From positions 2,642,861 to 2,706,860 of the forward strand of contig NW_019091359.1 in the NCBI RefSeq assembly GCF_001949145.1: a DNA stretch of 64,000 nucleotides, in the 5' to 3' direction. Positions 27,518-42,030 of this stretch are shown here, one piece after another (position 1 is the first letter of the stretch; every line of letters starts with the position of its first letter). Below the pieces are notes generated by a model, which searched no databases, was not told where the DNA came from, and worked only from the letters and a program-made list of their open reading frames with translations. The stretch comes from Acanthaster planci. Taxonomy: Eukaryota. Made by a program: the position numbers and the translations under genes.

Positions 27518-27579
27518 ATGGCGGAGGAAAGACCGATTCGTAGTATATTCAAAACTCCCTTGGCAGTGACCCAAGCAGA
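27518..27579 (+). CDS. MAPKAPK2: MK2 candidate alternative first coding exon 1b (MAEERPIRSIFKTPLAVTQAE)
   Basis: gtaATGG context, 62 nt open, ending GA|gtaagt (consensus donor). This phase-2 end joins in frame to 27878. Confidence 0.65.
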
Positions 27580-27803
27580 GTAAGTACCGGTTCATGTACA
27601 CGGGTACCGTCAACAAGCTTGACCCTTGCACGACTGCATGAAAAGTAAGGTTGCATTGTTTTCAAAGGGCTGTCAGTGTCACTCGGGCCATAAACATGGT
27701 CTGAGTGACGTTGATTGCATCAGACTGCATGGACATCTGGGTATCTATACTACTGTATGTGTAATACCATTTCAACCGTACAAAAACCTCCCAGCATTTT
27801 TAG

Positions 27804-28106
<303 letters not shown>

Positions 28107-29550
28107 TGACAACTGCTCTGACAAACTTTGATACTTACATGCAGGCCAAAAGGGAGTAAATATTGACTAAAATATTACCATCAAAGTCAACACTAATGTC
28201 CAAATAAATTTCAGAAAAATATGCCCCTGCAGCCAAGCGTAGAAGATGAGTTGGGCCTTTGACCAGATGGATTTTATAGATACTCCAAACATTGACATTA
28301 AGATATTCATGGAACTATGGCTTTGTCGTTGTCTGGAGACGTGAGTGATCTTTACCCATCTGGCTTTAAACTTATGTTTACTTGAGAAATATCAAACTGT
28401 GTGCTGTGCCCAGAAGGTTGGAAGTATTTTTATTTTGTTAGAATTAACATTTTATAAAAAGCCTGGTACGGAGAGAAAGCCGTGATTTAAAAAAAACGCC
28501 ACACATATTTTGATTTTTTCCCCAGTTAGTGGCTCTGCTCTGTCAGTTATAAAGGCTGTTTTGTAAGATGGGTTATATATTTAAATATTTGTAAACTGTT
28601 CCAAGTCTTTGCATGCATGTGTTCAAAACACGTTCAGACCATTATAAGATGTCATGCCATATTCATAAATTTGGGGTCCAATATTTGTCCTGTTCCTCGT
28701 ACACCTGGCATGTGCTTTTTTCTGTTCAGAAATCATTCTTTAATTCCCAAGAGCGAATAAGTACTGCAGATTACCTGCCAAACAAATAAGTAAACATGTA
28801 GTTTTACATCAATTTCAGTGATACTTCTCTTGTCAAAGTATGCTTGTAAGGTAGTCACATGTCGGGACCTCAGGTTTATAGCGTAACCCATCAGTGGAGA
28901 AAATTCAAGGAATTGTGTACAAAAACATGTACATGTACATGTTATGTGCATGTGTGCTATATACATGTAGGCATGCCTAGTCATCTGGTCATTGGTGCAA
29001 TCAGATCTGTACAATTTCCCATGATGACTCGACATTTTCGACAAAGTGTGTTGTGCTTGTGTGTCTAGAGAGTATGGTTTGATACAAGGGAGATTTACCC
29101 AAAGACGAATACGGTCATGTACATATGCCAGCTTGTATACGCCATATACATGTACCGTACGTGTACATCGTGAATATTATGTGTGCAGGTTTGCTTTGTG
29201 TGTTCGTCCTTGCGCGCTGCACAACTGCATGAGGCTTATTTTCTTTTGATCACGCCTGAATGCATTTGTTCATCAGTTAATGTCAGGGTCATCCCAGATC
29301 GTATCAATGTGTTTTGTGTGAGTCAGGAGCAGGATGTCATTCTATTGGTGTGGGTCAGGATTCTACACGTTTCTATTAACCATTTCACACTGTGAGGTCA
29401 TATTGTTCATGGTGAAGTCAGACTTGGTAGTTTCCTGTGACTGCTGTTTGGTCATACAGTTCATAGTCGTGCAGGCACAAATGTATGCCCTCTGCACGTA
29501 TTTGAAATGGCAATGGGACCCCTCCCATTCCACCTTACTGACCTCCCCCC

Positions 29551-29695
29551 NNNNNNNNNNNNNNNNNNNNNNNNNNNNNNNNNNNNNNNNNNNNNNNNNN
29601 NNNNNNNNNNNNNNNNNNNNNNNNNNNNNNNNNNNNNNNNNNNNNNNNNNNNNNNNNNNNNNNNNNNNNNNNNNNNNNNNNNNNNNNNNNNNNNN
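29551..29695. other. Assembly gap
   Basis: Run of N. Confidence 1.
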
Positions 29696-30094
29696 TACAG
29701 TAAAAACATGTTGTGAGGTGGTATTCAGTTTCAAGCTGAGACCTCAAAATGAGGCTTTAATTTCATGGTAGTACATGTACCTTGAAATTGATCAATCAGT
29801 CTGTTGGTTTCTGTGATGTCCCCAGAGGTACATGTACCGTAGTCACGATCATCACTCATGATACGGCGTTTTTCACCCATGTGCTTCAAGTTAGAATTGT
29901 TCGTTTGCAACATTTAAGATTTCCAAGTATCCAAATTTACATGTACATGTATATTAAAAATGGGTTCCATACTTTTACATGCACCCGTTCTTAGGTACTA
30001 TATGTTCTCTGAATGTGTACATGTACAGAGCGTGAAATTACGGTTGGATATTGGACATTTTTCGAGTACGTACCTTGCAAAACAGTCATAAGCT

Positions 30095-30167
30095 TACTCG
30101 TGTGGGACTCGAACCCACGACTTCCTGCTTACTAGCGCAGACGTCTTAACCACTCAACCACCGAGCT
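30095..30167 (-). pseudogene. tRNA-derived sequence (Thr-AGT-like pseudogene or SINE head)
   Basis: The - strand reads AGCTCGGTGGTTGAGTGGTTAAGACGTCTGCGCTAGTAAGCAGGAAGTCGTGGGTTCGAGTCCCACACGAGTA. It has an A box, a perfect T arm and B box, but an 8-nt anticodon loop (GCTAGTAA) and a mismatched acceptor stem. Confidence 0.7.
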
Positions 30168-33067
30168 TGCCGGGGATGGCTGGCCGGTCCGAGTCAGGTG
30201 AAGCAGTGGGTACTGCAAACTATTTGTAATTTTTCAAGATGTAAAATCTTGAAAAATAGTCGCTGCCTGCACCCTAACAGGGACTGCTGTGAGGTTGGCG
30301 TATGGGACCACCAAACTTCAGCAGGACCAGTGAGAATTTTGAAGTACTGGTCCTGCTGGCTACCAAGAAAAAAGGTTTATTTCGACACCTGACACTGCAT
30401 GTTACAACTCTGCCTTTTACAGTATGGCAGATCAAAAGCTGGAAATGGCAGAACGAAATTGATTGTGTTATGACATTTTGTCTGAGCACTTTTTTGGTCT
30501 AATTTTGTGCTCTTAACATGCATAGGCTTACAAGTACTGGGCCATGTTGCCTTGGTCAGGGCATTTGTCATTAGATACATGTATTTGTACATGTACAAGC
30601 TACAAGCTAGCTATCCAAAGACTTCATTGTGTACATGTTTGTTTGCAGTGGAAAAGTCAAGACAAAAACAGCGTGATGCATAAATCAGCTGAAACTGGAC
30701 GAACACCGTGGTTGAACTTAGTTACCTCAGCTTCTGTTAGAAAGATGTTTTTCCATTGGTCAACAGGTTAACTGCTGCACATGCATCCTGCATGCCAGCA
30801 CCCATATGGCCATGGTGTGATCATGTTTACACGTGTGTGGGACCAACTGCACTGCGATGGATTGCAGTGATTAGACTGTTGATTCAAGTGAAATTTTCCC
30901 ACATATCAAGGATTTGTACTGTTTTTGTGGCATAACGATAGGTCGGTGCTATGGCCATTTATATGCACATGTAGCTGTGCCGTAGATATGGCCCTACTCA
31001 GCTTGGCTCAGTAGTTGGCTGCTTGGTTCTGAGTTATTTAAAGCCTGTTTCCATATGGTCATAAGGAACGCTGACACAGACAGTTGTTGAAGAGATACTG
31101 CCTGACATCATTCCACCAAAAACCATTTACCAAAATAGCGTCCGAAACTCAGAAAATGTTTGCATAAAATACCTGTCTAGGTGGCAAGGTCACTTCTTGA
31201 AGCCAAACAAATACTTCAGTTTGATGTGCTTTGTTTATGGTCAGCTATTTTGTTGACGATTGGGGCTACATATGTTAGTAATAACGAAAAAATGGACAAA
31301 ATCTGTGGTACTATTAAAGTCGTGTACATGTTAGTGAGAGGAATATGGTACACCTGTCATGCCAGTGTGCGCGTTTGTATTCGAGTACAGACCTCCCGAC
31401 CCAATTTTGGCAGAAAAATTTCCACTGTTTCACTTTGTTTCCTCCGTTCCGATTTCACCCTGAAAATTTCTGTTGTGTGGGGGGATGGATAAAATCATGC
31501 GTGGCTGGAGACAGACACAGCCAAAATGATGAGCCCCCCCTCCCATTTTGGGAGATGGCTACATTATATAGCCTGAATAGTTGTCATTCTTCCATGTGCG
31601 ACGGTGCTGTTTGCTTTCAAGTTAAGCATTCAATCAGATAGACCACGGATACTTACATGTACATGTTGTATTTGTGGTTATTCCAAATATTTACGGAAAT
31701 TAAGTGATGCACATAAACATGTATCTGTATACTTCTCCTAAACATTCACATTCAAAAATGTTAATTACATTTTTGCTAAAACTCACAACTATGAACTAGT
31801 AAGCCTTGGCAGATATTGTTGATAACTCATACCAATATCAAATAGCATTTCCTTATAAACACACATGTACTATGAGAACATCCATGTGGCATTTAACGCA
31901 GTGTATGTACATGTATGTACATGTATGCTAATGCACATACTGTTTACTATATGTAAAGATCTTTATTCAGTGCAGACCTTTATTTAGTATCATATCTTAG
32001 AAGCCGCAGAAATAAAACGTTATGAATAAATCTGAGTTTCTACTTCCTCCTTTCCATTGCCCATGTGTACATGTACGTGTACATGTACTTTTGAGGTAAT
32101 CCTTTTGAGTGGATGACTTCATCAAACTGTTTATACCCTAGGTTCCGCAAGGATAGATTTACATGTGGTGGTACTTGTAGAAACCAATGTTGATAGTTAG
32201 GATGACATTCATGTTATTTATAAACCTTTTGTCATTGACAGTCATGGATTAGTATTATTTGGAAGCAGTTCTAATTATATCCATTGTCTCAAACACATTC
32301 TTGTAGGCCGACCAGACAATAATAGACAGGCTGTTGCTATGCAGTGCATGTATGTACGGTAGTTCATTTATAACTCTACCATGTCTACCGGTAACTTTCA
32401 ACGAAAGAAATTAATCACACAAACAAAAGTCATGCATGATAATTTTACAAGACACATTGAGTTTGCCATTGCATTCCATTAATTTCCTCAGTGTTCCAGT
32501 TTTTCCTTTTTTTTTCCTATTTTATTCTGGTTAAACACAGAATAACCTGTTCAAGCAAACAGGTTCAATCCCAAATGTCTAAATGCAGAACTGAAACCAA
32601 CCCAGCCCAATTGAAGTAATGACAGCGGAATTGAATCCATCCAAATCTAAAGTTAGCTTAGGGTTAGCTCAGATTTCAGGTTTGGTTGGGTTTGCACAAC
32701 ATTGGTCGTTACGTTTCAGTTGTTGGCAATGTTTTCCAAACTGCTGATGACTGTGATTGTGTTTTTTATCATGTGATTATTTCCACCAAAATTGAATAAA
32801 GATTTGAGGTCAGTTTTGCCGTCTTAAATTTCAAAATTTGTGATTGTGAAAGAGTAACTCGTTGCAAAAATATCTCTAATATAAATTTGAGGGGAAATTG
32901 ACAAGGAATTTTTTCATATGATTACCAATGGTAAAAAGTTTGGGTTCATTTCCCTTCCCCCAAAGCTAGACCATGGCTTTTGTTCCTGGTCCATGCTTCA
33001 GGAACAATTTTGTCCCGTGAATGCCCAAGTGCACTGGTGATGAACTGATTTTCCATTGTCTCGGCAG

Positions 33068-33207
33068 GTTCTTCTGGAGAACCAGAAGGCGCAGAGAGAG
33101 GTTGACCTCCATGTGAGAGCATGCAAGAACTATAACATAGTCGGCATTGAGGACGTGTATGAGAACATCTACAATGGTCATAGGTGTCTGCTGGTTGTCA
33201 TGGAATG
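33068..33207 (+). CDS. MAPKAPK2: MK2 exon 3
   Basis: cag|VLLENQKAQREVDLHVRACKNYNIVGIEDVYENIYNGHRCLLVVME(C)|gtgagg; 140 nt. Confidence 0.95.
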
Positions 33208-33521
33208 GTGAGGGCTGGTTCATTGATTGGCTTTGTGTACAAACAAAAGAGGGCACTCTTGTAATATCTACCAACAGCGTCCGCTTTGGTGTATCCAACA
33301 CTTCTGTACGCTTGCAGCATAGAGTATGCACAGTCTGAATGTCTGCAAATACCGGTAGAAGGCTTGTCTACGAGCGGGCTTGTAATGGATAAAACTGATG
33401 ACATTCCATGTCAGTGCAGTCAGTATTGTTGAAATGTTTCTGCAAAGGAAGATGATTTCAGAATGGAAAAGATTGAAAAGACATTGGCAATGTGTTATGA
33501 GTTCTTGTTTTATTATTACAG

Positions 33522-33580
33522 CATGGAGGGCGGTGAACTGTTCAGCAGGATACAGGAAAAATCATTATTTACAGAGAGAG
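33522..33580 (+). CDS. MAPKAPK2: MK2 exon 4
   Basis: tacag|(C)MEGGELFSRIQEKSLFTER(E)|gtaagt; 59 nt. Confidence 0.95.
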
Positions 33581-34006
33581 GTAAGTCTATTTCTGTCTTT
33601 GGGGAAGAGATTTTGGGAAACACTAACCTAAATAGTCTGATAATTTTTTGTGGACCTGAGTCAGGAAATTATTTTAAAAGTAAAATTTGCTGTTAACTTT
33701 GCATGTGTTAAATACAAAAAAAACTGTTGATTTTTTTAAATTAACACCAAAGACAAAGAAAACCTGTCACAATAATCGAAGGAATGTGGAGGAAACAGGT
33801 GTCCCTTAACACCAAAAATAAGGAATGCCTGTTTCCTCCAAATTCATTGGAGTTGTCATGCCTTTGTTTTTTCTTTTTCGTGATAATGACATAAATACTT
33901 GGTGTTCTTTGTGTCTGAGATAGATTCAGTTTTGCAGAGAATGGGATAAAGACAGAGTTTAGGAGAATTTGTGGTGATTTCAGAGAATGAGAACTAGATT
34001 TGATTG

Positions 34007-34178
34007 ATTTATATAACAGGTTTTGCCCTTACCCAACGTATGTATTAATAAACACTGTATGCCCAGTGCTTGTCCGAGAGCTTGCGAAAAAGTCACAAGC
34101 TTACTCGGGTGGGAATACACAAGCTTACAGTGTTTATTAATATATACATTTGGTAAGGGCAAAACCCATTATATAAAT
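34007..34178. mobile_element. Foldback MITE with ~53-bp inverted arms
   Basis: 34007-34059 (atttatataacaggttttgcccttacccaacgtatgtattaataaacactgta) versus 34126-34178. The mirror ORFs MPLPNV(Y/C)INKHC on both strands reflect this symmetry. Confidence 0.8.
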
Positions 34179-34374
34179 TACATCTCCCCAACGCAAAAAA
34201 TACGTTTTACAATAGATTTGATTGAGACAACAAAAAGACAAATTTTGTTCAGCCCAAACAAAAAAGGTGGTGGCCAAACTGCTACAGTTAACTTCATGGA
34301 ACTGGTTCTTCACAGAGTTTTGCCAAGATTTTCAAATGTCAAGACAGCTCTTAGTTGGTTAGCAACTTCGTTGA

Positions 34375-34656
<282 letters not shown>

Positions 34657-34921
34657 TAAAAATCGTCTCGGAGGGTTGGTTTGGAGGGGTAGGCGTTACT
34701 TTGGTCAGTAACGTTGGCTGTTGGCCCAGCTGACTGTAAGGTGCAACAGACGTACAAATCTGTAGGACCCTGTTCCAGTTGGCAGTCAACAGAAGCAAAT
34801 GAATTGCCAGTGCCAAAGCAAGAGCAGCTAGTCCAATTGAACAGTGTCACTTTCCTGAAGTGATGTGTAGGCTTTGACACTGTTTGATTGTGGGGGTTGA
34901 TGACCTGTTGATCTTGTTTAG

Positions 34922-35899
34922 TCATATGCTGCCAGGAAACCTGGTTTCGAGCACGTAGGCTTTATACACGAAACCAGGTAGCCCAAAACCGAACAAAAGA
35001 GCTGGGCCTTGTAACAAAAGACCGTACTCTGAACAAAAGACCGAGTGCTGGGAATTGCCAACATTTTTTTCAGTTGTCAATAGCGGAGGAAATCCGTCAT
35101 TGTTTTGAAAGATTATACCACTGTTTGTGGCATTTAGCACGAGCGGATTACCACCGGAGACAAAAGCGCTCCAGCTATGAGCAATACAATACCACTGCAT
35201 GCTAATCTAGCCCCTATTGAAAAGACTAGTGCACTGTGCTGTTTTGGGAATAAAAGAAAGTTACATACAACTCCACAATCTGGGCTTTTTTTACAAGGCG
35301 GCAGGCCTGGCTGAAATACTCGGGGGTCAATAGATATTGTCTGTCAGATAAGAGTAGTCACCAGACAGTTATTCGTGTGGGTGTAAACGTCCAGTAAATG
35401 AAGGTATGATTTTTAACCCCTTTGCTACGGGAAGCGGTAAGAGCCACCGTAAAAATTGAGATTCCTCAGCCTGCTTTTCAGCTATTATTCTCAGCCCATG
35501 CTCGAGCGAACATGGTGAATGAAGGCAGACCCTGGCTTTTGTATATATGGTGATTGGCCTTTGTGTGTTGCCAAGAAATGAAAAGGCCGAATTTGCATCA
35601 TAATCACCAGTTAGTCCCCACTTTGAAAAGAGGCATTGGGAATGTGGAAGTGCGAGTAGAGCCACATGCCACTGAACAATGAGCCTTTTCACTGTGTAAA
35701 TCAAAGCCTGCAGAGCATGCAGGGCCACAAACCGAGAATTTGCGGTTTGGGAGGTGGCCATTGTGGCCAAGCGAGGGTGGAATTCTCGGAGTCGGCTTTC
35801 AGAAAAAAGTCCTGGCGTCAAGGGGTTAAAGAATTTTGAAAACAGAAAATCTCCCAGTTTTATGTCATGCAACTTCAAATTCCACCTGGCAGCAAGTTG
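34922..35899 (-). mobile_element. piggyBac-like MITE family A, older copy, interrupted by a family B insertion
   Basis: Reverse-complement homolog of 36039-36628 over ~490 bp, with homology resuming after 35829. Degenerate ends are TTAG|TCATATGCTGCCAGG and CCTGGCAGCAAGTTG|TTAA. Confidence 0.85.
35417..35825. mobile_element. piggyBac-like MITE family B, nested in family A
   Basis: TTAA|CCCCTTTG ... TCAAGGGG|TTAA: a TTAA duplication and CCCCTT termini. The flanks rejoin to restore the family A sequence. Confidence 0.85.
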
Positions 35900-36038
35900 T
35901 TAATGGCAGGTTTCTCCCTGCGGCAGCTGTTATACGCTGCCTTGTGTTCAAGCTACCTTAAGATCAATTGGGCAGGCTGGAATATAGGTGTTTTAAAATT
36001 CTTACCATGAATCCCTGTTTATTGGCAGACAGTGTTAA

Positions 36039-36628
36039 CCGCTTCCTGCCAGGCCATTTACCAGTGTTGATTCTGCTGGGCTGGGTGATTTTTCATTTTT
36101 TTCTGTTTTTGAAATTCTTCAAAAAATCATAGCTCCATTTATTGAATGTTACACCCACACGAATAACTGTCTGGTGGCTACTCTAATCTGACAGGCAACA
36201 TCTGTTGACACCTGAGTATTTCAGCCAGGCCTGCCACCTTGTAAAAATAGCCCAGATTGTGCGGTGTTACGTCATTTTCTTTTGTTCCTGAAACTGGCAC
36301 AGTGCGCTGCTGACGTCTTTTCAATAGGGGTCAGATCAGCGTGCAGCGGTATTGTATCGCTCATCACCGGAGCGCTGCAGCGCTTTTGTCCCCGGTGGAA
36401 ATCCGCTTGCGCCGAATGCCCCTAACAGTGATATAATCTTTCAAAACAATGATGGATTTCCTCCGCTATTGACAACTGAAAAAATGTTGGCAATTCCCAG
36501 CAGCTCGGTCTTTTGTTCTGAATACAGTCTTTTGTTACAAAGCCTAGTTCCCTTTGTCCGATTTCAGGCACCCTGTCTGTGTATATAAAGCCAACATCTC
36601 CGAAACCGGGCTCCCCGGCAGGAAATGG
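36039..36628 (+). mobile_element. piggyBac-like MITE family A, intact copy (590 bp)
   Basis: TTAA|CCGCTTCCTGCC ... GGCAGGAAATGG|TTAA. Confidence 0.88.
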
Positions 36629-36759
36629 TTAAAGCAAAATGTTCATGTTCATCAAGTCCCTTCACAAGTCCAGTCACAATTCCTTTCACAAGACTAGTCA
36701 TAAGTTACAGGGAGAACAGTTAATTGTGACTTGGACTTGGTGACTTGGCTTAAGATTGA

Positions 36760-37026
<267 letters not shown>

Positions 37027-37786
37027 TAAGTACAATTGTTTCGTCATACGTCTGTCTTAAGGAATTTATCAAAAAAAACAAGCTCTGAATTTCAGAAGAA
37101 GATACATGGAGGCCTGCTGTAAAACTGTACAATTAATTTAACAGATGTAAACAATATCGTTAGCAAATGCACTGTTCCCTCATGTTAGTTATGTTAACTT
37201 TAATTTGAAACTAGTGCGGGTACCAATGAGTACATCTATCTAGTCTGGTTAGCGGTCCCCTCATAACCGTATAGGCTGCGGGGACTGGAACAAGTCTGCT
37301 ATATGAGCGCAATCATTGATTGGATTCCCTGGTAGCCTATGCACAAAAAGTATCATGGGTACCACGCAAAACTGTTTACAGGACAGAAAATGTTCCCTCT
37401 CAAACTTCCCGAAGCTCTTCTGTCTTGGGCGCATGCGTGCACGCACTATCGGTAGAATGAGATATCTCACAGTGAGTGTGATATGTGGATATATTGCCCT
37501 GTCATGTTATCGTTCTGAGCCAATAAACAGACAGTATCCAAGACACAGGTATGACAATGAAAGTTCTTACACTGTTGACAAATGGTCATCACCAGCATCA
37601 AAGACTTCACTGTTCTCTGTGGTCGAGATTGAAACACGAGTCCTTTTTGTCTCACCATAGTGTCAACCTTGGCTTAGATGCTGATTTAATTCTATCCTGA
37701 GAGAGTGAACATTTGCGGGGTTTTCCCATGCAGCCCTTGATAGGCACATGGAGTATGCACATCACTGAGCATGCCAAACTGTAATA

Positions 37787-37800
37787 GCGCCCTCTTGTGG
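37787..37800 (-). promoter_or_regulatory. CTCF-consensus motif
   Basis: GCGCCCTCTTGTGG = CCACAAGAGGGCGC on the - strand, close to the bilaterian CTCF core motif. Confidence 0.5.
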
Positions 37801-38632
37801 TCTGCCAGCCTTTTTTTTTCTTTGGTGCGGTGTTGTCAAGACCATAACAAGACCAGTCAGCGGAGCAGTCACAGGTTGCAGAATGACAAAGCAATGCTTT
37901 TTTGGCAGTTTATTAGAATTGTTCGTGACTTGCATCGCGACAAGAGATCTGTTGATCAACTTTAGAGGGCTTTACCACAGCGCTGCTTTGAGGATGTTTG
38001 GGGTTTCTTGTATACATGTAGCAACATTAGATAGTTCACTTCCATGTCTGTTAGTGTACTGTGTTTCTCACGGTTTGTCACCACTAGACATTAATCTGGA
38101 GGATAGTAGCACCATTGCAGTAGATCTAAACCATGATTGTTGGGCTTCTCGTCAAGTCCTCATCATTCATGACCCAATTTCTACACCTTTTATAAACAGC
38201 CTGTAACTCTCCACTTTAAAACCTGACAATTGTATTCTCAATTTGGAACAGAGTCAAAAATAGATATATATCATGTTTGTGATATGCACTTAAGATGGCT
38301 GAAGAATTTGTTGACTTAAACTTTTGTGACACTCTCAAATTAAAGGATCATTCTCAGGAATAATTTATTTACTGCTTCCAACTGTAAAAGAACAAAGATG
38401 GGATAAATGGATAAAAGGACGTCTCCGGAAAATGAAGAATGAGCTAGCGCCCGAAATCAAACGTTGGTAACGTTAGTCTAATTTGAATATGAATACGATT
38501 GTAAGTTAAAGGCAAATAAGGTCGTATCAAAATAAACGGGGGTGCTTTTTTTTATATCGTCACACTTTTTATTGCATTTTACCTGAAAAAAATTCTGACT
38601 TTGCACAAAACATGGAGAGAAAATTTAGTGTG

Positions 38633-38725
38633 TGTAAAGAAGTTTTAAATTTCACAGGTTAGCTGTAAAGAAGTTTTAAATTTCACAGGTTAGCGGTAAA
38701 GAAGTTTTAAATTTCACAGGTTAGC
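38633..38725. repeat. Tandem repeat, 3 x 31 bp
   Basis: Unit tgtaaagaagttttaaatttcacaggttagc. Confidence 0.95.
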
Positions 38726-41104
38726 CGTACATCAGTCTCTGTAGTCCTTTTTAAGATCATTTATTCTCCTATCACGCTGTATTATTTCCCTGTAAAACAC
38801 AAGGCCATCTGTCCTTTGCTGGTTTTCCATCACAAGAAGAATTTTAGTTTTTTCACTGACATCGTTGTGTTTCCTTGGATACTGTTATCAGGAAATTAGG
38901 GGGGGCTAATGAAGTTACAGAGCCAGTTACTACTTGTACTTAGACCAGGTAAACAACCCCACTTAGTCCCAAGTTGTAACTAAGCCATTTAGGGTATTGC
39001 ATTTCAAATCTCCTTCATCAAGCACACAGGCATCTTAGTGATGCATGTAGCCTAGCCCATATCAAGAAGCTGTAATTTCTCAGAAACCCACTCACCCAAA
39101 TCCAAGAGGAGAGCTTCTGTCACCTTACTAGTCCCTATCGGATTATCAAGAAATCCCTACTCCACACTGCTGGTAATTGAAATCTATCATGCATACACAA
39201 TAACCACTGGCAGTCCACTTGAGCTGTAAGGCATAATTACTTCTAGATTGGGAGGATATTAACACGCCATGCACAGTTTAATTGTTCTTTGCCTACTGGC
39301 ATGTTTTCTCTCATCAAGTAATTAACAGTGAAGCATCTGTGATTGAGTGATTCCATCACAGGCTCAATTTGAACCATCTGGTGTGCTCTGCCGTAAAGCC
39401 TTAGGAATGTTACGTGTATCATAGCTCTTGATCTCAGACAGGGTTGTGTATTTGTCAGCCTCTGAAAGACGCACTTGGGTTCTCTCACAACAAACAATAC
39501 TGTTTATTTTTTTTTACTCTTTTCTGCATGATTTTTTTTATAAGTCCAATACTGAGTCAAGGCATTCTCTGGTGAAGCAGTTGCTCGGACAAAGAACAAA
39601 AATATTGTTTTTAAAGTGTGGCTGCAATGAATTTTTCTTCGACACAATTCTTCTGCATCTTTTTATTTTTCTTCAATACATGAAAACTCTTACACAGTCC
39701 CATTTGGTTAAATGCATTGAAAAGTACACATTTTTAAACATTCAAAATTTTCCATGTTTTCCCAGACAACTGAGGGCGTTGTTGCTGTGAAGTCATCTAG
39801 GGAAGACATGCTTCAGTGCATGGGTATTTCTGTTCAAATTTGTAAAACCAGATTTTACTAACTGAAAGCATTTCTGAGAGAGGAATTGATGGGTTCTTAT
39901 TGCTATGCACCTAAACAACAATGAAACTTCAAAAACAAGAGAACTTAGTTCAGGAAAATCTACAAAAACACAGGACAAACTAATGTAAACATTGAAGCTT
40001 CTTCCTGAGATGACATATACAGTTTTGTTCATGAATATGGATGTACTCTTGTGCATAAAAACCAAAAAGGCATGAAGATACCCTTTGAAATAGTGAAACC
40101 AAAGTTAAAAATAAGGTTTACTGAGCACAAAGGTGCATTTTACAGGTTTGTAATTAAAAACATGGATGGCAGTTACCCTTTAAATGTGCAGGTAATGTTT
40201 TACTAGCAGGTACTTGTTTTAATTTGAATGTGAGTATTAAACTGATTGCTTTGGTTTCTCTCTAAAATCTCTGCCAGAAATCTGACACTGTTCCATTTCT
40301 TTTAACATTTCCTTGGTACGCAAACAGAACGGCAATAGGAAGTCTCAGATAAGACCACAGTGACTTAAGACTGCGCGTATATTCTGGAAATCAGTGGTAT
40401 CCAGCTGCCCCCTATCATGGGCTTTTGCGAATTCCTGGAACGCTGAGTTTACCATATCTTAAAGCACATGTAAATTTATAGTTGGTATTGTTGATTGCAA
40501 TCTGCATTTGAAGTGACAGTGATGTACTTTCCTGGCAATGTTTAAACCAGTACAGGGGCTATGACTCGTCGTAAGGGCTTTATTCTGTCTCTTGAAACTT
40601 ACTCAGTAACATCATCAATGCCAAAAATCCATATTCTGGTCAGGTCCGTTGTTAAGTGCCTTTATTGAAATCAGTAATTGGTTTGTAAGTGCGGCCTCCA
40701 CCATTGAGTAAACAGATGACAAATTGCATGTAATCGTCATTTTACCGGATGACAGTGACGAATCGGACTCGTTTTTCTTACAGATTATGTTGAAGTCTGA
40801 GTAGTGGAGGCTTATGTGAATCAGTGTACGGTTCTTGTCCATGGAAACCATCAAAAGTGCAACCGCTTGCATTAAAATGGAATAGTTACTATTCCATTAT
40901 TGCCGTGGGACCTGTGAAATAGTGAACATGCACATGTATACATGTACATGTGTTCCTGCGTCGTAGTTATGGGGACATACACTCGACATTTCACCTATTT
41001 TGTGGGGACCGAAAATATTGTGGGGACTCAGAAATGTCTCCACAACTCGGTTCAAATTTCCCTAGCAAAAAAACTTCACCCCTGAACGCGGTGAATGCGT
41101 ACCC

Positions 41105-41192
41105 ATGTGTACATGTATACATATACATGTACACATGTATATACATGTATATGTACACATGTATACATATACATGTACATGTGACATGTACA
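41105..41192. repeat. TACATG/TATACA alternating purine-pyrimidine simple repeat
   Basis: Almost pure (RY)n tract built from acatgt and atac units. Confidence 0.9.
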
Positions 41193-41775
41193 CTTTAGTA
41201 GATGACTACCAAACTACATGTAAAAACCTTGACTTCCTTTGTTCAATGCATAGTGCCATAGATTACTACATTGTACTGACTATTGCCACACCTACATGTG
41301 CTTGTACATGTATGGATGCACATGTACCTGCAGTTAGAAACGTAACTTTTCGTCCTTGTAAGTATTTACAACATAACTTTGATGCTCCAGACTGACACTA
41401 TCCTCCATGCTGTCTGAACAGTATGCTTATTCTAAGCAGACTTTAGGCAAAACAAACACAAACCACAAACAACGTTTTTGTGTAACAAAATATTGCTTTA
41501 TTATGGTATGGTCCATGAGGTTTTTTTACACCCTGGCATATAGCACCTCAGATTGCTTCAGTTATCATTTGCCCTCTGCAGTCAGTATATCACACAGCTT
41601 GTGTCATACAAGAGCAGTAATTGCATGAATCAAAGACGCCAGCCTGTGAGAATTTGTTTCATTGCCGTGCATATACTGTAGGCAACTTGTACATTTATTG
41701 CATAACAAGTACAAGTGGAGTTCATGTTCTGCTGTAAGAGCAGTCCCGGTGTCCTTGCTCGTTGAAGAGTTATAA

Positions 41776-42030
<255 letters not shown>

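Noticed and set aside
30095..30167. Functional tRNA-Thr gene
   Set aside because: The 8-nt anticodon loop and mismatched acceptor stem argue against it; kept only as a tRNA-derived element.
34922..36588. Two similar ORFs (SAFVxGGNPL...FQNNDGFPPLLTTEK) as a duplicated gene
   Set aside because: They are chance translations of the two inverted MITE copies.
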